Origin: an uncultured Chloroflexia bacterium
GTDB taxonomy: Bacteria; Chloroflexota; Ktedonobacteria; Ktedonobacterales; JADMIN01
Length of the DNA: 32,000 nucleotides
Reading direction: 5' to 3'
Assembly: GCA_963718915.1 (NCBI GenBank)
Contig: CAVRAI010000004.1
Location: forward strand, 60,001-92,000
Position numbers and translations under genes: made by a program. Under the pieces are notes generated by a model. That model saw only the letters and a program-made list of their open reading frames with translations, had not been told where the DNA came from and made no database searches. Shown piece after piece: positions 1-8,625 of the stretch (the stretch's first letter is position 1; each line of letters starts with the position of its first letter).

Positions 1-44
1 GGAAGCACGTGTGTGCAGGCAGAGGCGAGGAAAAGTAAATGCCG

Positions 45-70
45 CCGTCCGCCAGGATTTCACTGGACGG
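45..70 (-). terminator. candidate intrinsic terminator downstream of the desaturase gene
   Basis: ccgtcc (45-50) pairs with ggacgg (65-70), plus 2 more bp after a 3-nt bulge. On the minus strand the hairpin is followed by cggcaTTTacTTTT. It lies 41 nt after the stop at 111-113. Confidence 0.4.
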
Positions 71-110
71 TAGGGGCGGCTCTATTTCTCGCTCGTGAAC
101 CGTAATATGC

Positions 111-1151
111 TCAGGCGGCGGTTCGTAATCGTAGCGGCGCGCCGATAGCATGCAGATACGAGAGGATCTCGCGATAGGATCGCAGCATGCCCGTCTCGTG
201 ATAGCTAATCGCGTGCTGCTGGCAATAGGTGCGAATGATGCGTTGCGCTTCGGCCAGACTTGAACGTGGCATCGTGGGGAAGAGATGGTGTTCGATCTGG
301 TAATTCAGGCCGCCGTACCACGTATCGAGAATAGGATGCGCGTGGACGTTGCGTGAGGTGAGCACCTGGCGGCGGAGAAAGTCCATCTCGCTTCCGTGTT
401 CGACGATCAACATCCCCTTGTGGTTGGGCGCGAAGACCGACCCCAGATAGAGACCCGTCGCCGCTTTGTGGATGACCAGAAACGCCAGCGCCTGCCACGG
501 CGGCAACGCAATCAGCAGCAGTCCAAAGTAGCCAACATAATGCACCAGCAAGAGGGCGACCTCGGTTTTGGGATAGCGTGCCTTCCCCTGAAGCAGGAAG
601 CGAATGCTGTTCGCCTGAAGATCGAACGCGACCAGCGCCAGCAACGGGAAGAAGAAGAGCGCCTGATGCGCGGCGATAAACCGGGGCAGCCCGCGTTTTT
701 CGGCGGCCTCCTCAGCGGTGAAGGTCAACATGGGGATGTCGATGTCGGGGTCGCTGTCGATCTCGTTAGGCCGGGCATGGTGGCGATTGTGTTTATCCAT
801 CCACCACGAGAAACTCATGCCAATGATCAGGTTGCCATGCAGGAAACCGATGAGATCATTCAGGCGTGTCGAGTTGGATGACTGGCGGTGGCCCGCGTCA
901 TGGCCATTGAAGCCAATCTGGGAACTTACGAACGCCAGCAGCAGCGCGTTGAGACACTGCACCCAGAAGATATGCACCGTCAGCAGCAGCGCAACACTGA
1001 GCACGAGCAGCGCGTCAATGATGAGGAGCCGCACCAGCGCGCGCAGAGGACGTCGGTTGAGTAGCCCACGATCTTTTATCAGACGTTTGAGTTCGCCATA
1101 GGAACCGGTGAGCGGTGGTAATTGCGTTGCAAGGCGTTCGGTTTGGATCAA
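111..1151 (-). CDS. membrane fatty-acid desaturase (three His-box family)
   Basis: 346-aa ORF with His boxes HDAGH, HNRHH and QIEHHLFP in canonical order, separated by hydrophobic stretches. The start is TTG at 1151, so the 5' end is uncertain. Confidence 0.88.
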   Translation of the reverse strand: MIQTERLATQLPPLTGSYGELKRLIKDRGLLNRRPLRALVRLLIIDALLVLSVALLLTVHIFWVQCLNALLLAFVSSQIGFNGHDAGHRQSSNSTRLNDLIGFLHGNLIIGMSFSWWMDKHNRHHARPNEIDSDPDIDIPMLTFTAEEAAEKRGLPRFIAAHQALFFFPLLALVAFDLQANSIRFLLQGKARYPKTEVALLLVHYVGYFGLLLIALPPWQALAFLVIHKAATGLYLGSVFAPNHKGMLIVEHGSEMDFLRRQVLTSRNVHAHPILDTWYGGLNYQIEHHLFPTMPRSSLAEAQRIIRTYCQQHAISYHETGMLRSYREILSYLHAIGAPLRLRTAA

Positions 1152-1296
1152 GCGAAGTGGCCATCTTTCCTGAGGGCGCTAAGCGAGCGGGAGACCTGGA
1201 GACAAAACATCTTGTTCCGTCGGGATTAGAGTCCATTGAGTATACGAATGTTTCATCGCCTAAGTTTGCGCCCCCCCCGACCGGGCAAGCGAGCGG

Positions 1297-2442
1297 TTAG
1301 ATGCCTTCGGCGGCGACGAAATCGAGGATGGCTCCCAGCGCCGCGCAGGCGTCGTCGGCGGCGGTGTTGGCGCAGGCGCTATCGAGGAGCGCGCGCGCCT
1401 GGTCGCATTGTTCCCGGAGCATCGTTCGCGTGCGTTCGCGCGCGCCGCTACGTTCGAGAATCGCCAGCAACGCGGCGATCTGGGCCTCGCTGACCGGGCC
1501 GCGCTGGCCGTAAATTCTGGCGAGCGCGCGCCGATCCGCTGGCGTCGCGTCTTCCAGGGCGGAGATGACCGGCAGGCTCATCTTCTTCTGGCGCAGGTCG
1601 CCCGCCTCGGTCTTGCCCAGCGCATGCGCCGACCAGATGCCCAGCATGTCGTCACGCAACTGGAAGCCGATACCGAGCGCTCGCCCAAAGGCGCCCAGTT
1701 GCGCGCTGAGTCGCTGGTTCTCTGGCGCGCCGATCAAGCTGCCCATCCTCGCGGCGCAGTCCATCAGCGCCGCCGTCTTGCGTCCAATCATATCGAGGTA
1801 CATCACTACCGTGACATCCTGCCTGCCCTCGAAGCGCATATCGAGGTGCTGTCCCTCGCACAGTTCGATACAGGTGGCGTCGAGTTGGGCGGACAGCTCG
1901 ATGATCGTCTCCGCCGGGACGCCACGCGCGCGCAGGTGGCTCAGTTGCAGGCGCGCCAGCGCGAAGATGCCATCGCCCGTGTTGATTGCCAGCGGAACGC
2001 CCCACAGCTTCCAGAGCGTTGGCTGATGATGGCGTTCTTCATCGCCGTCTTCGATGTCATCGTGCGCCAGCGAGAAGTTATGCACCAATTCCACCGCCAG
2101 CGCCGCCGGAATCGCCTGCTGAACAGCCGCCTGTTGCTCCCGGTCACTCTGCCCACTTAGTCGCTGTCCCGCCGCCACTTCGCATGCCAGCAGCAGCAAC
2201 GTTGGCCGAATTAACTTGCCGGGATGCCACGGTTTCGGTTGAAGGTCGGGAGCGCGCCAGCCATGATGATATTCGATCTGACCGTAGAACTCATCAAGGA
2301 TCTCACGGGTAGCCGTGGCGGATGGAGCGCTCGCTCGCGCATCCTGGATGGCCTGAAGCAGCGCCTCGCCCAGCAGCGCCCGATAGCGCCCGAGGACGGC
2401 GTCCAGATTGCCCGATGTTGCTGCTGCTCTCCCAGTGCTCAC
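1297..2442 (-). CDS. trans-polyprenyl diphosphate synthase (chain length not determinable)
   Basis: Both Asp-rich motifs are present: LAHDDIEDGDEERHHQPT and FQLRDDMLG. I place the start at GTG 2442, with AGGAGA 6 nt upstream and 35 nt after the upstream stop. The ORF-track start at 2601 adds 53 Arg-rich aa that overlap the upstream gene. Confidence 0.85.
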   Translation of the reverse strand: MSTGRAAATSGNLDAVLGRYRALLGEALLQAIQDARASAPSATATREILDEFYGQIEYHHGWRAPDLQPKPWHPGKLIRPTLLLLACEVAAGQRLSGQSDREQQAAVQQAIPAALAVELVHNFSLAHDDIEDGDEERHHQPTLWKLWGVPLAINTGDGIFALARLQLSHLRARGVPAETIIELSAQLDATCIELCEGQHLDMRFEGRQDVTVVMYLDMIGRKTAALMDCAARMGSLIGAPENQRLSAQLGAFGRALGIGFQLRDDMLGIWSAHALGKTEAGDLRQKKMSLPVISALEDATPADRRALARIYGQRGPVSEAQIAALLAILERSGARERTRTMLREQCDQARALLDSACANTAADDACAALGAILDFVAAEGI

Positions 2443-2477
2443 GCGGCTTCTCCTGTTACGGTCTCTTACGATGGCGA

Positions 2478-2960
2478 TTAGTGCGGTATAAGCTCGACAT
2501 AGGCGAGCATACCCGCGACCGCGACGCCGCTTATGCCAATGAGCCAGCGCACCGCGCCCGGCAGCCCGCCGATATGGCGAAATGGCGCGCAGATGTTGCA
2601 ATAGCGCCGGGTGACGTGGTAACGCTGCGAGCGCATGCCATCATGCGCCAGCTCGACGCCCTCGATGCGGATGCGGGTATGGCGCTCGTCGCAGATATAG
2701 CGGCCGCAGCCCGCGCAGTTATGCGGGTCAATGTAGTGCGCGAAGCTGGTGGATGACCATTGCTGCGGCAGCGTCGGCGCGCTACAGATGTAGCAGGTGA
2801 AGCGAGCCGCCGCATCTCGCAGGTGTGTCGCGCATGGCTCATGCTCATCGCGCGGAAAGTGATCCAGGCAGAGCGGACGACGACACGAAGGGCAGCGCGC
2901 CACCGATTGTATGCCACATTCGCGGCACGAGGGGACCGCGATCGGAAGATTTGCCGCCAT
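2478..2960 (-). CDS. Cys-rich (five CxxC pairs) zinc-ribbon protein with C-terminal membrane anchor, function unknown
   Basis: 160-aa ORF with ATG start. CxxC pairs: CRECG, CPSC, CYIC, CAGC, CNIC. C-terminal hydrophobic helix WLIGISGVAVAGMLAYV. Same strand as, and 35 nt upstream of, the polyprenyl synthase. No family recognised. Confidence 0.55.
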   Translation of the reverse strand: MAANLPIAVPSCRECGIQSVARCPSCRRPLCLDHFPRDEHEPCATHLRDAAARFTCYICSAPTLPQQWSSTSFAHYIDPHNCAGCGRYICDERHTRIRIEGVELAHDGMRSQRYHVTRRYCNICAPFRHIGGLPGAVRWLIGISGVAVAGMLAYVELIPH

Positions 2961-3098
2961 GCGCGAAGTCCCTTTCTATCGTGCCGCTTGTGTGCCGCCT
3001 TGTTGTGTGCCGCCTGTGTGCCCTGCCATGCCTGCCGAAGTGGGAGTATAGCAGCATGCGCCGGGCTGGTCAAACGTGTTGGGCCGCTGGGTGGCTGC

Positions 3099-4121
3099 TC
3101 AGGGCGCTGGCGTGACGAGCCACGGTGGCGTATATCCCGCGGCGGCGTAGATACGTTCGATGGATTCCGCCTGCTCCAGGCTATCGTCCAGCGAGATGAA
3201 CGGCGCGATGTCGTGGCGAATGCCGCTGCTGAAGCCCTCAATCTCCAGCATGTATTGATCGATACCGCTGAAGTGGCGCTCGAGTGTCTCATCCCCCGTT
3301 TCGATGCGCACCACCGTCTCGGCGTGGCCAGGCGTGAACGGGGCAGGAAGGACAATGCGCCCGTGTTCGCCGACAACCTCGGCAAAGAAACCCCGTGGCA
3401 GCGAGAAGCTCGCATCGATCACGCCCAGGCGCCCCTCGCCAAAGTCCAGCACGGCGCCAATCGCCAGCTCCACTTCGCTGCCTGGCGGCACGACGACATG
3501 CGCCGCAATCTCGCGTGGCGGGCCGCCGAAGACGGCGCGGCAGAAGTTGAGCGGGTAGCAGCCGACATCCATCATCGAGCCGCCGCCAAGCGCGCCCTGC
3601 AGCCGAATATCTCCGGGTCGGCTGTGCAGATCGAAGACGAACGACGAACGCACCATCCGAACAGCCCCGATACGCCCGGCGGCCACCTGTTCCAACGCCC
3701 AGCGGATTTGCGGGTGGAAGCGGTACATGAACGCCTCCATCACCCAGCGGTTGGCTTGCTCGCTGGCCACACGAATACGCCGCACCTCCTCAGCGGTGAT
3801 GCCGAGCGGCTTCTCGCAAAGCACGTGCTTGCCCGCCTCCAGCGCGCGGATTGCCCACTCGGCATGCAAACTGTTGGGCAGCGGGATATAGACCGCCTCG
3901 ATCTCGTCGTCGTCGAGCAGCGCCTCATAGCTTGCCAGCGCACGCGCGCCGGGATAGGCTGCCGCGAGGGTCTGTGCGCGTGCGGTGTCGCGACTGGCAA
4001 TCGCCACCAGTTTGGCATTGCTTGCCGCGGCAATTGCTGGGATTACCGCGCGCACGCCGATCTTGGCGGTGCTCATCACGCCCCAGCGCACTGGATCCGC
4101 CTGTTGGGTGTCCTCGTCCAC
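3099..4121 (-). CDS. Gfo/Idh/MocA family NAD(P)-dependent oxidoreductase
   Basis: N-terminal Rossmann pattern VRWGVMSTAKIGVRAVIPAI...LVAIASRD and the family motif HVLCEKPL. GTG start at 4121 with AGGAGG upstream. Confidence 0.88.
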   Translation of the reverse strand: MDEDTQQADPVRWGVMSTAKIGVRAVIPAIAAASNAKLVAIASRDTARAQTLAAAYPGARALASYEALLDDDEIEAVYIPLPNSLHAEWAIRALEAGKHVLCEKPLGITAEEVRRIRVASEQANRWVMEAFMYRFHPQIRWALEQVAAGRIGAVRMVRSSFVFDLHSRPGDIRLQGALGGGSMMDVGCYPLNFCRAVFGGPPREIAAHVVVPPGSEVELAIGAVLDFGEGRLGVIDASFSLPRGFFAEVVGEHGRIVLPAPFTPGHAETVVRIETGDETLERHFSGIDQYMLEIEGFSSGIRHDIAPFISLDDSLEQAESIERIYAAAGYTPPWLVTPAP

Positions 4122-4243
4122 TGAAACCTCCTGGGCTTTTGCCGCTCGTTCTCGCGTATAATTACAGCTATAGCATACCCTAACGTACCTGGCGCTGACG
4201 AGTTGGCGCCGCTCTCTAGTGCCTGAGAGGATGGTCGCGCAGC

Positions 4244-4831
4244 ATGCCTCGCATCAAACCACTGAACCCGGAGGATGTCGATCCAGAGATGCAGGCAATA
4301 TTCGCCCGCTATCAACGCGACCGCGGTAACATCCCCAACATGATTCGCACGATGGCGTATCGTCCGGAGATTGCCGCTACCGCCGATGCCCATCTCCAGG
4401 CCATTTTCAATACCGGTACGGTCGAGAAACGCCTGAAAGAGATGCTGGCGGTGCGCGTCTCGCAGATCAACGACTGCGCCTATTGAAAGTCCTCTCATAC
4501 TGCTTTGGCAAAGCAGCAGGGCGTATCCGAGGAGCTGCTCGATGCGATGTATCACATCGACGAGCATGCCGAGATGTTCACTCCCGCCGAACGCGCCGCG
4601 CTCACACTGGCGGAGCGTATGACGACCGACGCGCGTGGGGTGGATGAAGACGTCTGGGCGGATCTGCGCGAGCATTTTGACGAGGGCGAGATCATCGAGC
4701 TGGCCGCCGTGATTGGGCTGTTCAACTACTTCAACCGTTTCAATGACGCGCTCAAAGTGCCGGTCACGCCGGCTCCCTCTGCGGCTAAGCCAGGCCGCCG
4801 ACCGCGCGGGCACGAACGAGAGCCAAAGTGA
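4244..4831 (+). CDS. AhpD/carboxymuconolactone-decarboxylase family protein with in-frame TGA at 4484-4486 (candidate CxxU selenoprotein; otherwise a nonsense-disrupted gene)
   Basis: ORFs 4244-4486 and 4505-4831 share one frame (261 nt apart). The joined peptide reads ...VSQINDCAY-[TGA]-KSSHTALAKQQG..., which matches the family active site C-x-x-C-x-x-x-H with TGA at the second Cys. The C-terminal half is typical of the family (ELAAVIGLFNYFNRFNDAL). Confidence 0.65.
4500..4516 (+). promoter_or_regulatory. SECIS-like hairpin 3' of the in-frame UGA
   Basis: Perfect 7-bp stem ctgcttt/aaagcag with apical loop GGC. The stem starts 14 nt after the UGA, and the loop G residues are 23-24 nt from the U of UGA. 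Confidence 0.4.
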
Positions 4832-4881
4832 GTAGTTAATGGTAGCTAGTTCCTCATTGTCATGTGGAGGTTGAGACGACC

Positions 4882-5484
4882 ATGCAAGAACCTGCGGTCG
4901 TGTCATCGTTCGGACGCGTGCGTCGCGTCTTTTGGATAGGCTTTGTCGCAGCAATTCTGCTAGCGCTTAGTGTGCCCGCCGTGACGCTTTGGCGTGACGC
5001 AGCGACAGCCTTGCAGGTTGAGGCTTATATTCAGCCCGCGTCTCCACGTGCTGGTGAGGCAGCGCATGTCGTCATCGTCGTGCCAGATGCAGCGGATCGT
5101 ACAGATATCCTCAACCCGGCATCGCAGATCGCAGCGCGCTGGGATATGTTGAATATGACCATGGGCACGCGTGAGTCCGCGCTTCCAGGCCCACCGAGTC
5201 ATTCAGATTCCCTCACGCTTCCGCTGCATCTCGACATGCCAGGACCCTGGTGGGTTCAGGTTGCGGTGCACGTGCCCGGTCGCCCAGCATGGCAAACACG
5301 GTTGGATATCACCGTACAGCCGCCCGTCGCCATGGAGCAGAGCGCGGAACTAGCGGTATTTCAAAATGCTCCAGAGACGGCACCACGGCCTGAGGCGACA
5401 AATCATCTGAGCAGTCCCACAGGAATACGATCAGCATGCACCATACGACCACAGAAACGAGCAACACGAGCGGTAAGCGTATGA
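4882..5484 (+). CDS. membrane-anchored YtkA/FixH-like domain protein
   Basis: N-terminal TM helix VFWIGFVAAILLALSVPAV. The domain has the same signature as the C-termini of the Sco and CopCD proteins below (WDMLNMTMG...DMPGPWWVQVAVHV). I prefer ATG 4882, with GGAGG at 4866-4870; GTG 4864 is also possible. The stop overlaps the kinase start (ATGA at 5481-5484). Confidence 0.55.
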   Translation: MQEPAVVSSFGRVRRVFWIGFVAAILLALSVPAVTLWRDAATALQVEAYIQPASPRAGEAAHVVIVVPDAADRTDILNPASQIAARWDMLNMTMGTRESALPGPPSHSDSLTLPLHLDMPGPWWVQVAVHVPGRPAWQTRLDITVQPPVAMEQSAELAVFQNAPETAPRPEATNHLSSPTGIRSACTIRPQKRATRAVSV

Positions 5485-6716
5485 ACATAGGAAGCCCTAC
5501 AACTGGCTCCTTCGTGCGGATGTGCCAGCGCCTCTGGTTCTGGCTCAGGCACATTTCGACCTTCGAGAAGGTTATTGCTGCCAACAGTTGCATCATTCTG
5601 CTCGATTCGGCGATTGGGTGGTGGGTTACCCAGCACAACCCAGAACCGTATCATTTCCTCATCGATACCGCCTTTATCATCCTCGCGAGCGTCTTCGGAC
5701 TGGCCGTCAATTTTGTGCTGCTGCGCGCGGCATTCGCTCCTCTCCATACCCTGCTGGCCACGATTCGTGTCGTGGCGCGTGGTGATGTGAACGCCCGTGT
5801 GATGGCACAAGAGAGCGGCGCCGATACCGCCGACCTGGCCGATGCCTTCAACATTATGCTCGACCGCTTGGAAGACATGCACCGCGAGGCGGCGGCGCGC
5901 GTACTTCGTGCCCAGGAGGAGGAACGGCGTCGGCTGGCCCTCGAACTCCACGACCAAACTGGCCAGAGCCTCACCGCGCTGGCGCTCCATGCTGCGGCGA
6001 TTGCTCAGCGGCTCGAACACGAGCACAGCGATGCCGCTATACAGGCACGCCAGCAAGCGGAACGCTTAGGGCTGCTGGCCCAGCGAACTCTGACGGAGGT
6101 ACAGGTGCTCTCCCGTCAACTGCGCCCACCACTCTTGGACGATGTTGGCCTAGAGGCTGCGCTCCGCTGGCTGGCCGAGGATGCGAGTGAGCGCTTGAAA
6201 ACACCAGTGACCGTTCGCATTATCCCCGCTGGCGCTCCTGGAAACTTTGACAGCGACCATGCCGCCGAGGAGGAGGTCCCCCTCAATGGCCCGGTCCGCT
6301 GGCCAGAGGATATAGAGACGGCCTTGTTCCGTATCGCCCAGGAAAGTGTGACCAATGCCGTACGTCATGGCCATGCGCAACACATCACCATAGCGCTTTC
6401 CTACACAGCGCCAACCCTGACGCTTCAGGTGAGCGACGACGGATGTGGATTCGATACAACGGCCATCTCTCAGGCAGCGTCAAGCCGCAGCCATGGCGGC
6501 GTTGGCGGCGTTGGCATCGAGGGCATGCAAGAGCGCGCGCAACTCATCGAAGCGCACTTTGCCATCCAATCTCAGCGCGGGCGAGGGTGTATAGTAGTGG
6601 TGAGTGTCCCGCTCACGGCTGGCATGCCAGATGTAGAAACCGAACAGGGGCAAGGACAGGGGCAGCAGACGAGCGCACCAGACAACTCTTCGGCCTCACC
6701 GGCAATGAAGCCATGA
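5481..6716 (+). CDS. NarL-type (HisKA_3) sensor histidine kinase with two TM helices, a minimal external loop and a HAMP-like linker
   Basis: H-box LALELHDQTGQSLTAL. ATPase motifs ESVTNAVRHG, DDGCGF and GVGIEGMQERA. The TM segments VIAANSCIILLDSAIGWWV and FLIDTAFIILASVFGLAVNFVLL are separated by about 8 residues. I chose the start at ATG 5481 (ATGA overlap); ATG 5436 is also open. Confidence 0.85.
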   Translation: MNIGSPTTGSFVRMCQRLWFWLRHISTFEKVIAANSCIILLDSAIGWWVTQHNPEPYHFLIDTAFIILASVFGLAVNFVLLRAAFAPLHTLLATIRVVARGDVNARVMAQESGADTADLADAFNIMLDRLEDMHREAAARVLRAQEEERRRLALELHDQTGQSLTALALHAAAIAQRLEHEHSDAAIQARQQAERLGLLAQRTLTEVQVLSRQLRPPLLDDVGLEAALRWLAEDASERLKTPVTVRIIPAGAPGNFDSDHAAEEEVPLNGPVRWPEDIETALFRIAQESVTNAVRHGHAQHITIALSYTAPTLTLQVSDDGCGFDTTAISQAASSRSHGGVGGVGIEGMQERAQLIEAHFAIQSQRGRGCIVVVSVPLTAGMPDVETEQGQGQGQQTSAPDNSSASPAMKP

Positions 6717-6750
6717 AGAACACATGTTAACAGTATGAAGCGAGCATAGT

Positions 6751-7500
6751 GTGAGCACATTGCTAACCACAACTGACTCCGAATCGCAGCCTGGCGAAGC
6801 AGGCGCTATTCGCATTCTCATTGCCGACGACCACGACATCCTGCGTGATGGTCTGCGCGCCCTGCTGGAGTTGGCAGGCGATATGCAGGTGGTTGGCGAG
6901 GCGCGAACGGGCCGCGAAGCGGTGGCCGAAGCGGAGCGACTGCGCCCTGACATCGTGCTTATGGACATCAGTATGCCTGAACTGGATGGGGTGGAAGCAT
7001 GCCAGCGCATTCGCCAGCAGACGACCGACGTGCAGGTGCTGTTTTTGACGATGCATGAGGCAGAGGAGTACTTCTTTCGAGCATTGCGTGCAGGTGCGGC
7101 AGGCTACGTCATTAAGCGTACAGCAGCGGCCGATCTGTTGGCGGCTGTCCGTGCGGTGGCGCATGGTGAGTCCTTCCTCTCGCCGAGCATCGCACGCGCA
7201 CTGGTCGAGGATTACACACGTCAGCAATCTCGTCAGCAATCGCGGATGTCACAATCAGGGTTAGCGCGGGATGGCGCTGAGCAATTCGACAATTATGACG
7301 CGCTGTCCGGTCGTGAGCGTGAGGTGTTGCAATTGGTCGGCGAGGGACATACCAACCAGGAGATCGCGAATATGCTGCATCTCAGCATCAAGACCGTGCA
7401 GTCACATCGCGCATCGGTTATGGAGAAGCTTGGGTTGCGCGACGTTACGCACCTAGTGCGTTATGCAGTACGACGTGGGCTAGTGAACCCTGAGCAATAG
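6751..7500 (+). CDS. NarL/FixJ-family response regulator (REC + LuxR-type HTH)
   Basis: REC motifs ILIADDHDILRDGL and DIVLMDISMPELDG. C-terminal HTH LSGREREVLQLVGEGHTNQEIANMLHLSIKTVQSHRASVMEKLG. GTG start. Confidence 0.9.
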   Translation: MSTLLTTTDSESQPGEAGAIRILIADDHDILRDGLRALLELAGDMQVVGEARTGREAVAEAERLRPDIVLMDISMPELDGVEACQRIRQQTTDVQVLFLTMHEAEEYFFRALRAGAAGYVIKRTAAADLLAAVRAVAHGESFLSPSIARALVEDYTRQQSRQQSRMSQSGLARDGAEQFDNYDALSGREREVLQLVGEGHTNQEIANMLHLSIKTVQSHRASVMEKLGLRDVTHLVRYAVRRGLVNPEQ

Positions 7501-7518
7501 GTTTCTTCCGCGAAGCTG

Positions 7519-8625
7519 CTACGATGCTGTCAGAACTGACTGCCAGTGTCGTCCTCCATCAGTAGTAAGATCAAGCCCCAGTGGGTACGAGAACCCGACA
7601 TAAGCGATGTTGGCGTCTTCAGGATCAACAGCGACCTGGCTAGGATGCCCGCTCAGCGGAGCTGTTGCTCGCCAGCTCTTTCCACCATCAAGCGTTCGCT
7701 CCACCCCTGTTCCGGTCAAGCCGTAACCCTCGGTAGGGGCTACAGCGCAAAACTCGATGCTTGAAAAATTGACCGTCGGATTGACCAAGTGGAAGAGTGT
7801 TCCGGTCGTATCGGACGCAAATAGTCCCGAATCGCTTTGGACATAGATCAGTTTGTCGGCAAACGTGAGCCCATACACACCACCTTGCACACTGGAGACA
7901 GGGTTCCAGCTTCCTCCGTGGTCAGTACTTTGATACAGCCCACTCGCTGGACTCCAGATAAGCAGATGATCGGGATGTGCAGGGTCATCGGCCACGCCTG
8001 TAACGTCGCTGGTAGGCAATGGTGGCTGTGCCTTCCAGTGCGCGCCTGCGTCGTCGCTCGCGGAAAGGCCGTGAGTCGCCAGTGCTGGCAGGAATGCATA
8101 CACATCACTCGCTGTACCTGCCCCGACAGCGATTGTATATACGCTCCGGGTCGAAGATGAGGTAAAGGGGGTCGCAAGTTGCCAGGTTTGTCCCGCATCT
8201 GCACTCCTATACAATCCAGGCGCTGCTGGCGGAGGAACGCTGGAACGGAGCGTCGCCAGGGCATAAATGCGTTTTGGATCCAATGGACTTTGCGCTAGCT
8301 TGAAGATCATCAGGCCATCCATCGCCTGGCCAGGACCGCCCGCAACCTGACGCCAGGTCTGTCCGCGATCCGTCGTACGGTAGAGTCCCAAATGTGTCGC
8401 AAGCAACACCGTCCCAGCGATTCCATGGAGTGGCAACAAATCATGGAGGTGATTCAGTGAGCCGCCATATGCTGGACTCGCCGACGTTGATCCATTCGCG
8501 CATCCAGCCATTGCAACCATTGCAACCATCGGCAATAAAGCGCACAAGGCGAGGACGAACAGAGCCGTACGAAAGACTATTCCCGAGCGGCGTCTCGCAC
8601 TCCATTGTCGCATTGGAAATGTCAT
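7519..8625 (-). CDS. secreted lipoprotein, BNR/Asp-box repeat beta-propeller
   Basis: Signal peptide ending in lipobox-like AMAGC. Six Asp-box-like repeats: TDRGQTW, SADAGQTW, SDDAGAHW, STDHGGSW, TLDGGKSW, TTDGGRHW. GGAGGAGG precedes the ATG. The start overlaps the upstream stop (ATGA at 8622-8625). Confidence 0.8.
   Translation of the reverse strand: MTFPMRQWSARRRSGIVFRTALFVLALCALLPMVAMVAMAGCANGSTSASPAYGGSLNHLHDLLPLHGIAGTVLLATHLGLYRTTDRGQTWRQVAGGPGQAMDGLMIFKLAQSPLDPKRIYALATLRSSVPPPAAPGLYRSADAGQTWQLATPFTSSSTRSVYTIAVGAGTASDVYAFLPALATHGLSASDDAGAHWKAQPPLPTSDVTGVADDPAHPDHLLIWSPASGLYQSTDHGGSWNPVSSVQGGVYGLTFADKLIYVQSDSGLFASDTTGTLFHLVNPTVNFSSIEFCAVAPTEGYGLTGTGVERTLDGGKSWRATAPLSGHPSQVAVDPEDANIAYVGFSYPLGLDLTTDGGRHWQSVLTAS

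Noticed and set aside
2443-2601. N-terminal 53-codon extension of the polyprenyl synthase (ORF-track start at 2601).
   Set aside because: The extension is Arg-rich and overlaps the 3' end of the upstream Cys-rich gene. An internal GTG at 2442 has a good AGGAGA RBS and gives a normal-length enzyme.
2760-4124. 454-aa plus-strand ORF, the longest in this region.
   Set aside because: It is antisense to the Gfo/Idh/MocA gene, which has clear family motifs. The composition is Arg/Ala/His-rich with no motif, which is typical of a shadow ORF in high-GC DNA.
4244-4831. Treating 4244-4486 and 4505-4831 as two independent small genes.
   Set aside because: The two ORFs are in the same frame. The break is a single TGA exactly at the catalytic Cys position. 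The second ORF would need a TTG start without an RBS and would lack the family's active-site half.
4076-4954. 292-aa minus-strand ORF spanning the AhpD-like locus.
   Set aside because: It is antisense to the plus-strand AhpD/CMD homology and crosses an intergenic region. No motif was found.
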